64,000 nt of DNA from contig JABWCP010000009.1 in assembly GCA_013360215.1 (NCBI GenBank), positions 62,001 to 126,000 on the forward strand. Reading direction: 5' to 3'. The notes under the pieces are model-generated. The model had not been told where the DNA came from and ran no database searches. It was given only the letters and a program-made list of their open reading frames with translations. The position numbers and the translations under genes are program-made. Origin of the DNA: a bacterium (GTDB lineage: Bacteria > CLD3 > SB21). Of the stretch, positions 24,546-34,136 are shown in pieces (within the stretch, counting starts at the first letter, position 1; the number at the start of each line of letters is the position of its first letter).

Positions 24546-25238
24546 TCAATTAAAACTGATCGGCCATGAATCAATCAGAAGCGACGGATGTTGCGCATCC
24601 GGGTTTTCTTCGCTGTCAAAAGGCAGCAAGTGCCCTTCATCAAAGAATTCAAGACGGTATGTGGCATTTTTAAGATTGGTCAACTGACCTTCGTAGTATC
24701 CGTCCAGTAAAACAAACGCGCCGACTTTAGCATCACTGGGTTTGATTTTTTTGTTTTTTCCGGTGCCTTCAACTTCGTTTACTTTGCAGATTACCTTAGC
24801 CGTTTTGATAAAATTTCCGTTCTGATCCAAAACTTTAATTTTCAGCGGAATGCGCTTCTCAGCGGCATTCGATTCCGCGATGGATTCGTCTTCCATAAAT
24901 TCCATCGTCGGCGGAACCACGGTTACAGTTACCATTCCGACTTTGTTGTTTTTATTATCCATCACTTCGATTTCGATTTCCCCGGAAAAAGGACTCGAAA
25001 AAATCGCCTGATTGACATACCCCTGATCGCTGTTGGTATAACGGAAATCACCAATCGAACCGCCGCCTTTACGAGCGATGGCATTGAGCTCGACACCGGA
25101 GCGACCCGGTGAAACACGTATGATCGCTTCCTGGTCACTGCACAAAATCGTATCCGGCGAAATACGAACCTGGTATTGTTGTGCTGACAGTACGCCCGCA
25201 CAACACCATACGACGAAAATCATCCAACGTTTGTTCAT
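24546..25238 (-). CDS. Secreted hypothetical protein (beta-rich)
   Basis: Signal peptide MNKRWMIFVVWCCAGVLSA-QQ; start refined from 25277. Confidence 0.65.
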   Translation of the reverse strand: MNKRWMIFVVWCCAGVLSAQQYQVRISPDTILCSDQEAIIRVSPGRSGVELNAIARKGGGSIGDFRYTNSDQGYVNQAIFSSPFSGEIEIEVMDNKNNKVGMVTVTVVPPTMEFMEDESIAESNAAEKRIPLKIKVLDQNGNFIKTAKVICKVNEVEGTGKNKKIKPSDAKVGAFVLLDGYYEGQLTNLKNATYRLEFFDEGHLLPFDSEENPDAQHPSLLIDSWPISFN

Positions 25239-25563
25239 AGTTTTTTTCTTCCATCGGTTAACACTAAAACTTTGCAATTATAATCAATACAATCGCATCA
25301 CGCAACACAAAAACGGGTTTATCATCAAGAGGGTATTATTCCACGGATATAATCTGAACAAACCGCATATAAAATATCATCATAATCGTTCACTTCATGC
25401 TTCCAAAAAAATGCCTGCAACATCTAAGTGCCTGTTTTACAATGGCAGCATGAATGTCCGTTCTTGTATCGCAAGCATACAAATAGGCATTTTGGTTGAT
25501 TTTCAGATATATACGGCCTATCTTTGTTTTTGTATTCAAACGATGAATCGTATTGTTTTTTCT

Positions 25564-26502
25564 ATGTCAACAGCAGAGCATATATCTCCGGCAGCTTCCG
25601 CTATGACGGAAACGCCCGATTCGGTTTTTCGCTCTCAGCGTATCCTCGCGCTGGACCCGCAGGTATTTAATTCCGAAGAAATTCAGGTCATTCATCTGTC
25701 GTTACTGCAACCGGATGCGTTTCGAGAATTGCTGGATCGTTTTAATTATCATCAGTTGAATAATCTCCTCGATGCTTTGATAAAAGACGGTGTATTGTAT
25801 TATCAGGAAAAACACGGTGTGACAACGACGGAACGCACCATTCGTACGCGCTGTGAAAATCTTTTGGACTACAAAGAGCGTATCGGCTGCGTGGAACCAG
25901 TCGAATCCTGCCTGCATGAAGGATGTATTCATCTCAAACCCGCTTGCGCCGTGCGCAAGGTCAAAGAAGATGTACTCAATGTGGCACGTCTTTTTGAAGC
26001 ACGCAAAAACCGCAGTACCGTTCCCCATGTTGCCATTGAGCTTTTTTTTAAAAAACTCATCGAAGATTATAATTGCGTCGGATTGATATTAGCTGATAAA
26101 TGGGGCACGCCTAAAGTTTTTACGACCGACGGGAGTGGTGTGCTTTCCGTTATTTCCGAAGGTAGCCGTCGATTGACTGATGCAATTACCGACAGAGAAT
26201 TCCGTTTTACCAAAACCGGTGATCCGTATCAGGTATTCAATCAAAAGTTTCACATTGATGCGAAGCTGGCGGAACGCTTACATGCCGTGGAAAAAAATCC
26301 CGATCTGACTAAATTCATCAAACGTATTACATTTTCCAGTATCGGCATTGAGATCGCTCACGAAAGAATAATCTTATCGGTCCTGTATATGGGTGATAAT
26401 TTGCTGCACCAGTTTTTAGGTAAAACTATAAGCAGCATTGAACGTATTAAACTCGAAACCGAACCGGAATTACGCATTCGTGCCGGTTTTGGTCGAAAAT
26501 AG
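25564..26502 (+). CDS. Hypothetical protein with Cys cluster and possible roadblock/LC7-like C-terminal domain
   Basis: C-x6-C-x4-C-x6-C motif and LIEDYNCVGLILADKWG. The track start at 25078 overlaps the opposite gene, so a start at 25543 or 25564 is more likely. Confidence 0.7.
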   Translation: MSTAEHISPAASAMTETPDSVFRSQRILALDPQVFNSEEIQVIHLSLLQPDAFRELLDRFNYHQLNNLLDALIKDGVLYYQEKHGVTTTERTIRTRCENLLDYKERIGCVEPVESCLHEGCIHLKPACAVRKVKEDVLNVARLFEARKNRSTVPHVAIELFFKKLIEDYNCVGLILADKWGTPKVFTTDGSGVLSVISEGSRRLTDAITDREFRFTKTGDPYQVFNQKFHIDAKLAERLHAVEKNPDLTKFIKRITFSSIGIEIAHERIILSVLYMGDNLLHQFLGKTISSIERIKLETEPELRIRAGFGRK

Positions 26503-26522
26503 AAATAAAAGGAACTTGTTTT

Positions 26523-27296
26523 ATGGATATAGAATTGCAGGCTACGATTCGTGCCAATATAGAAACGATTCGAAAAAAAGCAAAAGAGGCCGCTCTCAAA
26601 GCGGGGCGCGATCCCAAAGAAATCCACCTCATTGCGGTAACTAAAACTTACGGTATTGATTATGTCCGCGAAGCTGTTGCCGCCGGCATTTCTCTTATTG
26701 GTGAAAATAAGGTTCAAGAAGCCAAAGAGAAATATACAGAACTTGAACAGTCCGGCAATGTACCGGATTTCCAACTGCATTTGATTGGTCACCTGCAAAC
26801 CAACAAAGCCCGTCAAGCCGTAGATCTGTTTGACATGATTCATTCTGTAGATTCGTTTCGTTTGGCCAAAGAAATTGATCGTCGCGCTTATACGGTGGAT
26901 AAAACTATGCCGATCCTGATTCAGGTCAATACATCCCGCGAAGCCACCAAATATGGCGTCGAGCCGGATAACACGCTGGAGTTGATCAAACAAGTTTCTG
27001 AATTGAAAAATATTCGCATCCAGGGACTCATGACGATCGGCGCATTGACGGCTGTACAGGCCAATGATCCCGAAAAAATTCGCAGTTACTTTCGCCGCTT
27101 GCGCGAACTGCGCGACTTTATCCGTGAACAAAATATACCTAACGTGGAAATGAACGCGCTCTCCATGGGGATGAGCAGTGATTTTGAAATAGCCATCGAA
27201 GAAGGCGCCAACTATATCCGTATCGGAACGGCCCTTTTCGGAAAACGCAAGCGCGCCGCTAAACCGGCCGCTCCTAAATCGGAGGAAACGCTGTGA
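26523..27296 (+). CDS. yggS: PLP homeostasis protein (YggS/PLPBP)
   Basis: IAVTK, GENKVQE, HLIGHLQTNK, GLMTIG, LSMGMSSDF, RIGTALFG. Confidence 0.96.
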   Translation: MDIELQATIRANIETIRKKAKEAALKAGRDPKEIHLIAVTKTYGIDYVREAVAAGISLIGENKVQEAKEKYTELEQSGNVPDFQLHLIGHLQTNKARQAVDLFDMIHSVDSFRLAKEIDRRAYTVDKTMPILIQVNTSREATKYGVEPDNTLELIKQVSELKNIRIQGLMTIGALTAVQANDPEKIRSYFRRLRELRDFIREQNIPNVEMNALSMGMSSDFEIAIEEGANYIRIGTALFGKRKRAAKPAAPKSEETL

Positions 27297-28177
27297 AACT
27301 CAATCCCGGCGACATACAACATCAGGAATTCAAACGCGTCATGCGGGGTTTTGATCCCGACGAAGTGACGGCTTTTCTTGAAGTGGTAGCTGAAAACTAC
27401 AAAGAAATTCTCGACGAGAATAAATTAATTCAACAAAAGCTCAAAGCGATTCAAGACGAAACCCAATACTTGCGCCTTCGTATCCAAAGCAGCGAAAAAA
27501 GTCTAAATGACTACAAACAGGAAATGGTCAAGGTCGAAAAACTCATGGATGCTCGGGTGGATGCGGATTTGATTTTAGAACAGGCCCGTGCCGAGGCCGA
27601 ACGCATCCGGACGCAAGCGCAGAAGGAGAACGAATCACTCGCTCAAGAAGTCAATTTTCTTCAGCTGCAAAAAACCAAAGTGGCAGCGCATTTACGCGAA
27701 TACCTGAAATCTCAAATTGCGCTTTTGGAAATCGTGGGTGATCAAAAGGCCGAAGCCGCTGCTAAAACAATACCGGTTCCCGAAAAGGTCGAACCGCGCG
27801 TAGAAAAACCCGCCGAAATTAAGGAAACTGAACTGCCTCCACCCATTATCCCGGTAGCCACAGAAGAAGAATTGAAAGCCGGCCTGGAAGAAGGTATCGG
27901 TTCGTTTGTGCAGGATCTCAAACTTGATGATCTGCCTCCGGAGTTAGCCGCGGCGATCCGCGAATCGGCTGACGATACGGCGATTACTGACCCGGAACGC
28001 CACGAAAAGAAAAAAAAAGTGATCGAAGAACTCGAAAAGCTTACGCACAATGCTACAGGTATTTTTAAAAAATCGGATTTCGAAAAAATGCTCGGCGATT
28101 CTGCGGATAAAAAATCCCATGAACTGCTGGATCAGATACATAAAGAATTAGAGAAAAAACGTTCGGAGAAATCATGA
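27293..28177 (+). CDS. DivIVA-domain coiled-coil protein
   Basis: LNPGDIQHQEFKRVMRGFDPDEVTAFL DivIVA N-domain, then coiled coil; GTGA overlap with yggS. Confidence 0.88.
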   Translation: MKLNPGDIQHQEFKRVMRGFDPDEVTAFLEVVAENYKEILDENKLIQQKLKAIQDETQYLRLRIQSSEKSLNDYKQEMVKVEKLMDARVDADLILEQARAEAERIRTQAQKENESLAQEVNFLQLQKTKVAAHLREYLKSQIALLEIVGDQKAEAAAKTIPVPEKVEPRVEKPAEIKETELPPPIIPVATEEELKAGLEEGIGSFVQDLKLDDLPPELAAAIRESADDTAITDPERHEKKKKVIEELEKLTHNATGIFKKSDFEKMLGDSADKKSHELLDQIHKELEKKRSEKS

Positions 28178-29001
28178 GTCCTTTGACGGCACAAATTGCA
28201 GAAGCGGTTAACTATATTCAATCCAAAACGAAAACACAGCCGTCTGTCGGGGTTATACTCGGCACGGGGCTTGGCGGCTTGGTACAGGAGATACGCAAAG
28301 AGATCGAAATTCCCTATCAGGATATACCGCATTTCCCGCTCAGTACCGTCGAAAGTCATGCCGGTAAATTAATCTTCGGTACGCTCGGCGGCAAACACGT
28401 CGTCGCTATGCAAGGGCGCTTTCATTTTTATGAAGGCTATACCATGCAACAGATCACATTCCCCGTTCGCATCATGAAGTTCCTCGGCATCAAAGCGCTA
28501 CTTGTATCCAATGCCTGCGGCGGCATGAATCCTCAATACCAACCCGGCGATATCATGATCATGGATGATCATATCAATCTGCTTGGTGATAATCCGTTGC
28601 GGGGAAAAAATGAAGATACGCTTGGCCCCCGTTTTCCTGATATGAGCGAACCATATTCCCGTACATTGATCGCTTTAGCTGAAAACATCGCTCTGGAAGA
28701 AAAAATCAAAGTTCAAAAAGGCGTTTACGTTGCTGTGATGGGCCCTAATCTCGAAACCCGTGCTGAGTACCGTTTCCTTCGTTATATCGGCGCCGATGTT
28801 GTCGGTATGTCTACTGTGCCCGAAGTAATCGTCGCAAATCATATGGGTATCCCCTGTCTCGGATTTTCGATTATTACCGATGAGTGTTTCCCCGATTCAC
28901 TCCAACCGGTTGATCTGCCCAAAATCATCAAAACCGCCGGTGAAGCCGAACCCAAAATGACACTGATCATGAAACGCGTCGTCGAAAAAATGAACCTTTA
29001 A
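28174..29001 (+). CDS. punA: Purine nucleoside phosphorylase (trimeric type)
   Basis: [33 protein letters not shown]. Confidence 0.93.
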   Translation: MSPLTAQIAEAVNYIQSKTKTQPSVGVILGTGLGGLVQEIRKEIEIPYQDIPHFPLSTVESHAGKLIFGTLGGKHVVAMQGRFHFYEGYTMQQITFPVRIMKFLGIKALLVSNACGGMNPQYQPGDIMIMDDHINLLGDNPLRGKNEDTLGPRFPDMSEPYSRTLIALAENIALEEKIKVQKGVYVAVMGPNLETRAEYRFLRYIGADVVGMSTVPEVIVANHMGIPCLGFSIITDECFPDSLQPVDLPKIIKTAGEAEPKMTLIMKRVVEKMNL

Positions 29002-29012
29002 ACGATGATCGT

Positions 29013-29240
29013 ATGGAGCCATTTCACGATTTCGGAAAAATATTGATGGCCCTCGGCGGTGTTTTGATTACCGTCGGAGCACTTCTTACGTTTTCCGATA
29101 AAATCCCTCTGATCGGGCGCCTTCCGGGTGATATTTTTATTCAGCGGGAAAATTTCTCGTTTTATTTTCCGCTCACGTCCGGTATCCTGCTGAGCGTGAT
29201 TCTCTCTGTGTTACTCTGGTTTTTTCGCAGCAAATACTGA
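29013..29240 (+). CDS. DUF2905-family small membrane protein
   Basis: GRLPGDI...FYFPL between two TM helices. Confidence 0.88.
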   Translation: MEPFHDFGKILMALGGVLITVGALLTFSDKIPLIGRLPGDIFIQRENFSFYFPLTSGILLSVILSVLLWFFRSKY

Positions 29241-29314
29241 GAAACTTAAACCCTGACGATCCGTAGAAATTTATACTATTCTTTCTCAAAAAAACCTTAC
29301 CCACGGAGGTTCTC

Positions 29315-29857
29315 ATGAAAGCACTTCGCATGTTGCTCATCGTATTAGGCATCCTCATTGCATTGCCGCTTGTGGTTGCTCTTTTTGTAAAAACACATTA
29401 CGCCGTCGAGCGGAGCGTAACGATCAATCAGCCCAAGCAGATTGTATTTGATTACGTAAAGTTTCTTAAAAATCAGGACCAGTACAGCAAATGGGCTACA
29501 ATGGACGCCAACATGAAAAAAACCTATCGCGGTGAAGACGGGCAAGTTGGATTTGTTTCGGCATGGGAAAGTCAAAACCCGGATGTCGGTAAAGGTGAAC
29601 AGGAAATCGTAAAAATCACTGATGGTGAGCGCATTGATTTTGAATTGCGTTTTTTTGAGCCGTGGCAATCCAAAGAACCGGCGTATATGACTACTAGTGC
29701 GGCTACGGACAGTACCACGCTCGTCAAGTGGGGCTTTAGCGGACACATGGATTATCCGATGAATCTTTTCTTGCTCTTTATGGACATGGAAAAAATGATC
29801 GGCGATGATTTGGCTACCGGCCTTGCCAATCTTAAAAAAGTGATGGAAAAGAATTAG
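29315..29857 (+). CDS. SRPBCC/START-family protein
   Basis: VERSVTIN.P...VFDY, VGFVSAWES, GLANLK. Confidence 0.85.
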   Translation: MKALRMLLIVLGILIALPLVVALFVKTHYAVERSVTINQPKQIVFDYVKFLKNQDQYSKWATMDANMKKTYRGEDGQVGFVSAWESQNPDVGKGEQEIVKITDGERIDFELRFFEPWQSKEPAYMTTSAATDSTTLVKWGFSGHMDYPMNLFLLFMDMEKMIGDDLATGLANLKKVMEKN

Positions 29858-29884
29858 TTTTTAATAAAAAATTCGGGTCTTGTT

Positions 29885-30937
29885 ATGCGATTTTTTTTTC
29901 TATGTTTCATAATCTCAATCCGTGCAGTGCCGACATACGCCCAGAACGACAATACGGACTGGTCGTGGTCCGGCTTCGTTGACGCGTACTACGGATATGA
30001 TTTTTCTAAACCTGTTTCGGGAGACAGACCCGGGTTTCTTTACAATCATTCGCGGCACAATGAATTCAACGTAAATCTAGCACTGCTACGAATGAAGGCT
30101 AAGTACGATGAAGCGTATGCACACATCGGTATTATGGCCGGAACATATGCCCAATCCAATCTTTCCGCCGAACCGGCAACCTACCAACACCTTTATGAGG
30201 CTTATGCCGGTATACAAATCAATTCAAAAACTGCACTTGAAGTCGGTTTATTTGGCTCACATATAGGCTGGGAAAGCGCCATTTCAAAAGATAATTGGAC
30301 ATTATCGCGGTCAATGGCCGCCGAAAATTCGCCGTATTATCTCAGCGGTGTGAAGGCAACATATGCGTTATCGGATAGATGGACCTTTGCCGCTGTGGTT
30401 TGTAACGGATGGCAACGTATCCACCGCTCCTCTAAAAACGTAACTCCGGCAATGGGCACGCAGATTGTATACAAGCCTTCCGATCGATTGACCATCAACT
30501 ATAGTACTTTTATCGGAAATGATAGGGCTGACAGTACGCGCCAGTGGCGTTATTTCGACAACACCTACGCCATTTGGCAGGTTAACTCAAAATTAGGCAT
30601 AACGGCAGGCGTTGATTTCGGCGCGGAACAGAAATCCAGAGGAAGTTCACAATATTATACATGGCTGACATGGGCTATTATAACGCGGTATGTCCTCAAT
30701 GACATGTGGAGTGTTTCCGTGCGCGCTGAACAATTCATGGATAAGAATCAAGTCATCGTTTCGACCGGAACGGCACACGGATTCCAGACAGCAGGTCTAT
30801 CAGCCAATCTGGACTATGCTTTTACCAAACAATCCGTATTCCGAATCGAAGGTCGCCGTCTTCAAAGTCGTGATGCTATTTTTTCAGGCGATAAATCAAA
30901 TCTATCCGTTCTTAGCTCGTTGGCAATAAGTTTTTAA
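29885..30937 (+). CDS. Outer-membrane beta-barrel porin (BBP2/OmpL-like)
   Basis: Signal peptide, GFVDAYYGYDF, SHIGWES, ENSPYY, NGWQ, terminal Phe. Confidence 0.85.
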   Translation: MRFFFLCFIISIRAVPTYAQNDNTDWSWSGFVDAYYGYDFSKPVSGDRPGFLYNHSRHNEFNVNLALLRMKAKYDEAYAHIGIMAGTYAQSNLSAEPATYQHLYEAYAGIQINSKTALEVGLFGSHIGWESAISKDNWTLSRSMAAENSPYYLSGVKATYALSDRWTFAAVVCNGWQRIHRSSKNVTPAMGTQIVYKPSDRLTINYSTFIGNDRADSTRQWRYFDNTYAIWQVNSKLGITAGVDFGAEQKSRGSSQYYTWLTWAIITRYVLNDMWSVSVRAEQFMDKNQVIVSTGTAHGFQTAGLSANLDYAFTKQSVFRIEGRRLQSRDAIFSGDKSNLSVLSSLAISF

Positions 30938-31004
30938 ATAAACCAACGTACCGCCCCGACGATAAAATGCACTATAATTTGTAGGTCTCAAAATTGGACT
31001 CAAC

Positions 31005-31037
31005 AAAAAAGGCAACCTTCTTCAGGTTGCCTTTTTT
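31005..31037. terminator. Bidirectional intrinsic terminator
   Basis: AAAAAAGGCAACCT-TCTTC-AGGTTGCCTTTTTT between convergent genes. Confidence 0.88.
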
Positions 31038-31055
31038 ATAGGTAGATTATTCTCT

Positions 31056-31943
31056 TTATCCGTTTTTCTTTAATCGCTCAATGATCTCTGCGACTTTCGC
31101 TTCGGCCTCTGCTTCAGGAAATTGACATGTTCCCGCGCCCTTATGCCCGCCGCCACCGTACTCATGCATAAGCTCCCCCACTACCGTTTTACAGCTGCGG
31201 TTAAAAATGCTGTGTCCGACGGCGCATACGGTGACGCCGGGTTCTTTGCCTTTGAATAAGCGCACCGATACATTGGCTTTGGGAAATAACGTATAAATAA
31301 GAAACCGATTGCCAGAGGGAAATTTATCCACGGAACGTTGATCCGTGATGATGACATTACCGTCTTCACGAGAATATGTCGTCAATGCTTCTTTAAATTT
31401 ATCCTGATCAGCTAAATATTTATCAACTTTAGATTTGACATCCGGTAATTGCAAAAGCTCATCAACCGTATGCACCATGATCCACCCGATCATGCGCTGG
31501 AAATAGTCCGTAAATGCATCAAGACCGGAGCGCGGGTCTAGTGTATAGGAGAGCAGCACCCAACCTTTAGGATTCATCACATCTTCCATGGTCAACTGCG
31601 CGCTGTCCACGCGATCGGTTTCCTCAAGTAATTCTTTGAATGGTTTTAATTCGTCGGGTTGTTCGTAAAAATCATAGATCACCCGTGCACAACTCGGTGC
31701 TACGGCAAATTTTCCGCGGTATTCTGCATTTTGATGAATAAGTTGGCTTTGATGATGATCAAACCATAAAGCGCAATTAGGGTGATAAGGAAGATTGGCT
31801 ATGATATCGCGATCGGTAACAGGTACTTTACCATCCTGCATTTCTTTGGGCTCGTAAAATACAACTTCATCTATTTTTTCCATGATCGTGATAAAAACGG
31901 CACATGTAAGACCATCCAAATCGGTACGCGTGATCAGACGCAT
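31056..31943 (-). CDS. DHH/DHHA1-family phosphoesterase (often annotated exopolyphosphatase-like)
   Basis: DLDG, FDHH, GGGGHKGAGTCQ; start MRLITR at 31943. Confidence 0.85.
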   Translation of the reverse strand: MRLITRTDLDGLTCAVFITIMEKIDEVVFYEPKEMQDGKVPVTDRDIIANLPYHPNCALWFDHHQSQLIHQNAEYRGKFAVAPSCARVIYDFYEQPDELKPFKELLEETDRVDSAQLTMEDVMNPKGWVLLSYTLDPRSGLDAFTDYFQRMIGWIMVHTVDELLQLPDVKSKVDKYLADQDKFKEALTTYSREDGNVIITDQRSVDKFPSGNRFLIYTLFPKANVSVRLFKGKEPGVTVCAVGHSIFNRSCKTVVGELMHEYGGGGHKGAGTCQFPEAEAEAKVAEIIERLKKNG

Positions 31944-32039
31944 TCGAAAAATCCTCCATGAAAAACAAAAAAGCGACAAGCAAAATTACTTAAAGGCAAC
32001 AATAGATAATTTATCTATAAAATGCAAAGAGAAATCTGA

Positions 32040-32915
32040 CTATTCCGGAAGAATAAACTGAACATAACGACCAAATAAGTCTATCGGATTCATAAAAAAC
32101 TGAAATTTACTGTTTTTGGGCGTGTCGTATCCGCGCATCCAATATCCTCCGTCCACCGTCTGCGCATCCATCGCGCTTTGACGCCGAATCCCGAGGTGCA
32201 AATGCTCCATCCCATACCCGTTGCGGCTGTCATCATTGATAAATCCGATAATATCGCCTTTACGGATGCGATCTCCGGCTTTCCATTTCAATTCCGGTTC
32301 GCCATCATAACAACGATTTCGAATATGTCCGTAGATGGACATAAATCGTTGTGGCACCACGTCTTTATTCCATAGACCGCGATATTCATGTTCGACCACG
32401 GCTACGAGTTCGCCATATCCCTCGGCACCACCGTAGTTTTGAATGACGCCGTCATATATGGCGCGAACCGTATCCCCTTCGAGTGCACGAATATCAATAC
32501 CGAGATGATTAAAGTCAAAGTAGAACAAACGTCCCCACATAATGCGAAATTTGATGCGGTTTTGGTCTTTTTCGGTTTTCAGAGGGAAAAGAAATGGCGA
32601 AGCAGGATCAATTTCTGCAATAGCCTGAATCGGACGGCGATAACGAAATACGTAGTTATAGTAAAAATTTTTTACAGAATCAGCCTGAGCCAAAACCAAT
32701 GCGTTACGCAAGTACTCCGTATCATACAGTGTTTTCCAAAGCTCCGCTTCAAGATCTTTGAGATCATGTCGAGTCTGAGCGATCGAAAGCTGAAGTGAAT
32801 CCCGCTCATGGAGTAACTGGCGATATTGGGCTTCATATGGATCAATAAATAATGCACACGCGCTTAGCCCGAAAACGCAAACGAATACAATTATTAGTGC
32901 TTTTTTAGAATTCAT
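32040..32915 (-). CDS. M23-family metallopeptidase lipoprotein with N-terminal coiled coil
   Basis: Lipobox LSAC and Zn motifs HLGID, IYGH, HLH. Confidence 0.85.
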   Translation of the reverse strand: MNSKKALIIVFVCVFGLSACALFIDPYEAQYRQLLHERDSLQLSIAQTRHDLKDLEAELWKTLYDTEYLRNALVLAQADSVKNFYYNYVFRYRRPIQAIAEIDPASPFLFPLKTEKDQNRIKFRIMWGRLFYFDFNHLGIDIRALEGDTVRAIYDGVIQNYGGAEGYGELVAVVEHEYRGLWNKDVVPQRFMSIYGHIRNRCYDGEPELKWKAGDRIRKGDIIGFINDDSRNGYGMEHLHLGIRRQSAMDAQTVDGGYWMRGYDTPKNSKFQFFMNPIDLFGRYVQFILPE

Positions 32916-33136
32916 AATGGCTGATAAATTAATAAAAACATGATACGTTATGCAAGCCAATTCAGTTTCAATAAAAACAATGTCAGTTATGTTGATAACT
33001 TGTTTACAACGTTATTTTCGCCACTTATGTCATGACATTTTGACTTATTTGAGTGCGCTAAATTAAGAAAAGAACATATTTAAATATATGTATTTATTTA
33101 ACTTAAAAATCATTTTTTGTTTTTATTCAAAATTTC

Positions 33137-33165
33137 TTGACATGGGAAATATTTTTATCTATATT
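33137..33165 (+). promoter_or_regulatory. Sigma70 promoter of the tRNA operon
   Basis: TTGACA-N17-TATATT with an AT-rich upstream region, about 45 bp before tRNA-Gly. Confidence 0.8.
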
Positions 33166-33209
33166 ACTGTCCCAGTTTTGAATTAGGCATTTGGTTTGTT
33201 CATATATAT

Positions 33210-33282
<73 letters not shown>

Positions 33283-33346
33283 CTCGTTCGTGTAATCCAG
33301 ATGGGATCCGTTGTGATTACTACAACGGTAGAGTAAGTGAAATGAG

Positions 33347-33387
33347 TAACCAGATTCTCGACCTATCGGGGCTCTGGTTATTTTTTT
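33347..33387 (+). terminator. Terminator-like hairpin inside the tRNA operon
   Basis: TAACCAGA-TTCTCGA-CCTA-TCGGGGC-TCTGGTTA followed by T7. Confidence 0.6.
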
Positions 33388-33404
33388 GTGGTCTTTGAAA
33401 AGAT

Positions 33405-33478
33405 GGCGAAGTAGCCAAGTGGTAAGGCAGGGCTCTGCAAAAGCCCCATCGACAGTTCGATTCTGTCCTTCGCCTCCA
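33405..33478 (+). tRNA. tRNA-Cys(GCA)
   Basis: GGCGAAG...CTTCGCC-T-CCA; anticodon loop CTGCAAA. Confidence 0.96.
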
Positions 33479-33491
33479 GCGTGTGTCTAAA

Positions 33492-33577
33492 GCTCGGATG
33501 GCGGAACTGGTAGACGCACAGGACTTAAAATCCTGCGGGCCTCAAAGCCCGTACCGGTTCGATTCCGGTTCCGAGCA
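33492..33577 (+). tRNA. tRNA-Leu(TAA)
   Basis: GCTCGGA...TCCGAGC-A; anticodon loop CTTAAAA; long variable arm. Confidence 0.96.
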
Positions 33578-33588
33578 CAAATTATTAA

Positions 33589-33662
33589 GGACGCGTAGCT
33601 CAGTTGGTTAGAGTACTACGTTGACATCGTAGGGGTCACTGGTTCGAGTCCAGTCGCGTCCA
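33589..33662 (+). tRNA. tRNA-Val(GAC)
   Basis: GGACGCG...CGCGTCC-A; anticodon loop TTGACAT. Confidence 0.96.
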
Positions 33663-33665
33663 CAA

Positions 33666-33700
33666 AAAATCCCGCTTTTTGGAGCGGGATTTTGTATTTT
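33666..33700 (+). terminator. tRNA operon terminator
   Basis: AAAATCCCGCT-TTTTGG-AGCGGGATTTT followed by a T-rich tail. Confidence 0.8.
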
Positions 33701-33741
33701 TGAGTCGTCCTGAGATGAGTTGACAGTGGGAGAAAAGAAGT

Positions 33742-34134
33742 ATGATGTTTACGGGCAAAAAGATCAAAGTGTTAACCCCGCAAAAACGGTATGCGGAAGC
33801 TTTCAAACGCCAAGTCGTACGAGAATATGAGACAGGGGTTTTGAATAAAGATCAATTAATGGTAAGGTATGGGATTAAAGGTCATTCTCTGGTTTTGGAA
33901 TGGTGCCGCAAATATGGTAGATTAGCCTACCCTAAACAAGTCAGCCAAGGTCGCCCTATGAAAGATATACAGAAGCAACGTCTTAAAGAATTGGAGAAAG
34001 CTTTAGAGATGGCCCATTTGAAGATTGCCGTGTATGAGAAAGCAATAGAGCTAATTCAAGAGAAGGAAGGAATAGAGGTTTTAAAAAAGTCTGGTTTGAG
34101 GTCATTACCAGACTTCAAGGAACCCGGAAGATAG
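33742..34134 (+). CDS. IS3-family transposase OrfA (HTH)
   Basis: RYAEAFKRQVV...YGI...WCRKYG HTH plus zipper; A AAA AAG slippery site at 34083-34089. Confidence 0.9.
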   Translation: MMFTGKKIKVLTPQKRYAEAFKRQVVREYETGVLNKDQLMVRYGIKGHSLVLEWCRKYGRLAYPKQVSQGRPMKDIQKQRLKELEKALEMAHLKIAVYEKAIELIQEKEGIEVLKKSGLRSLPDFKEPGR

Positions 34135-34136
34135 CT

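Noticed and set aside
25078-25563. N-terminal extension of the 474-aa ORF
   Set aside because: It overlaps the divergent gene and the promoter region; a later start is more plausible.
26358-27131. 257-aa antisense ORF and other long shadow ORFs (e.g. 1086-1775, 2205-2870, 47529-48170)
   Set aside because: They lie opposite well-supported genes and carry no recognisable motifs.
32960-33135. Replication origin
   Set aside because: AT-rich with only one near-match DnaA box (TGTTGATAA at 32990-32998) and no dnaA-region genes; better explained as promoter DNA.
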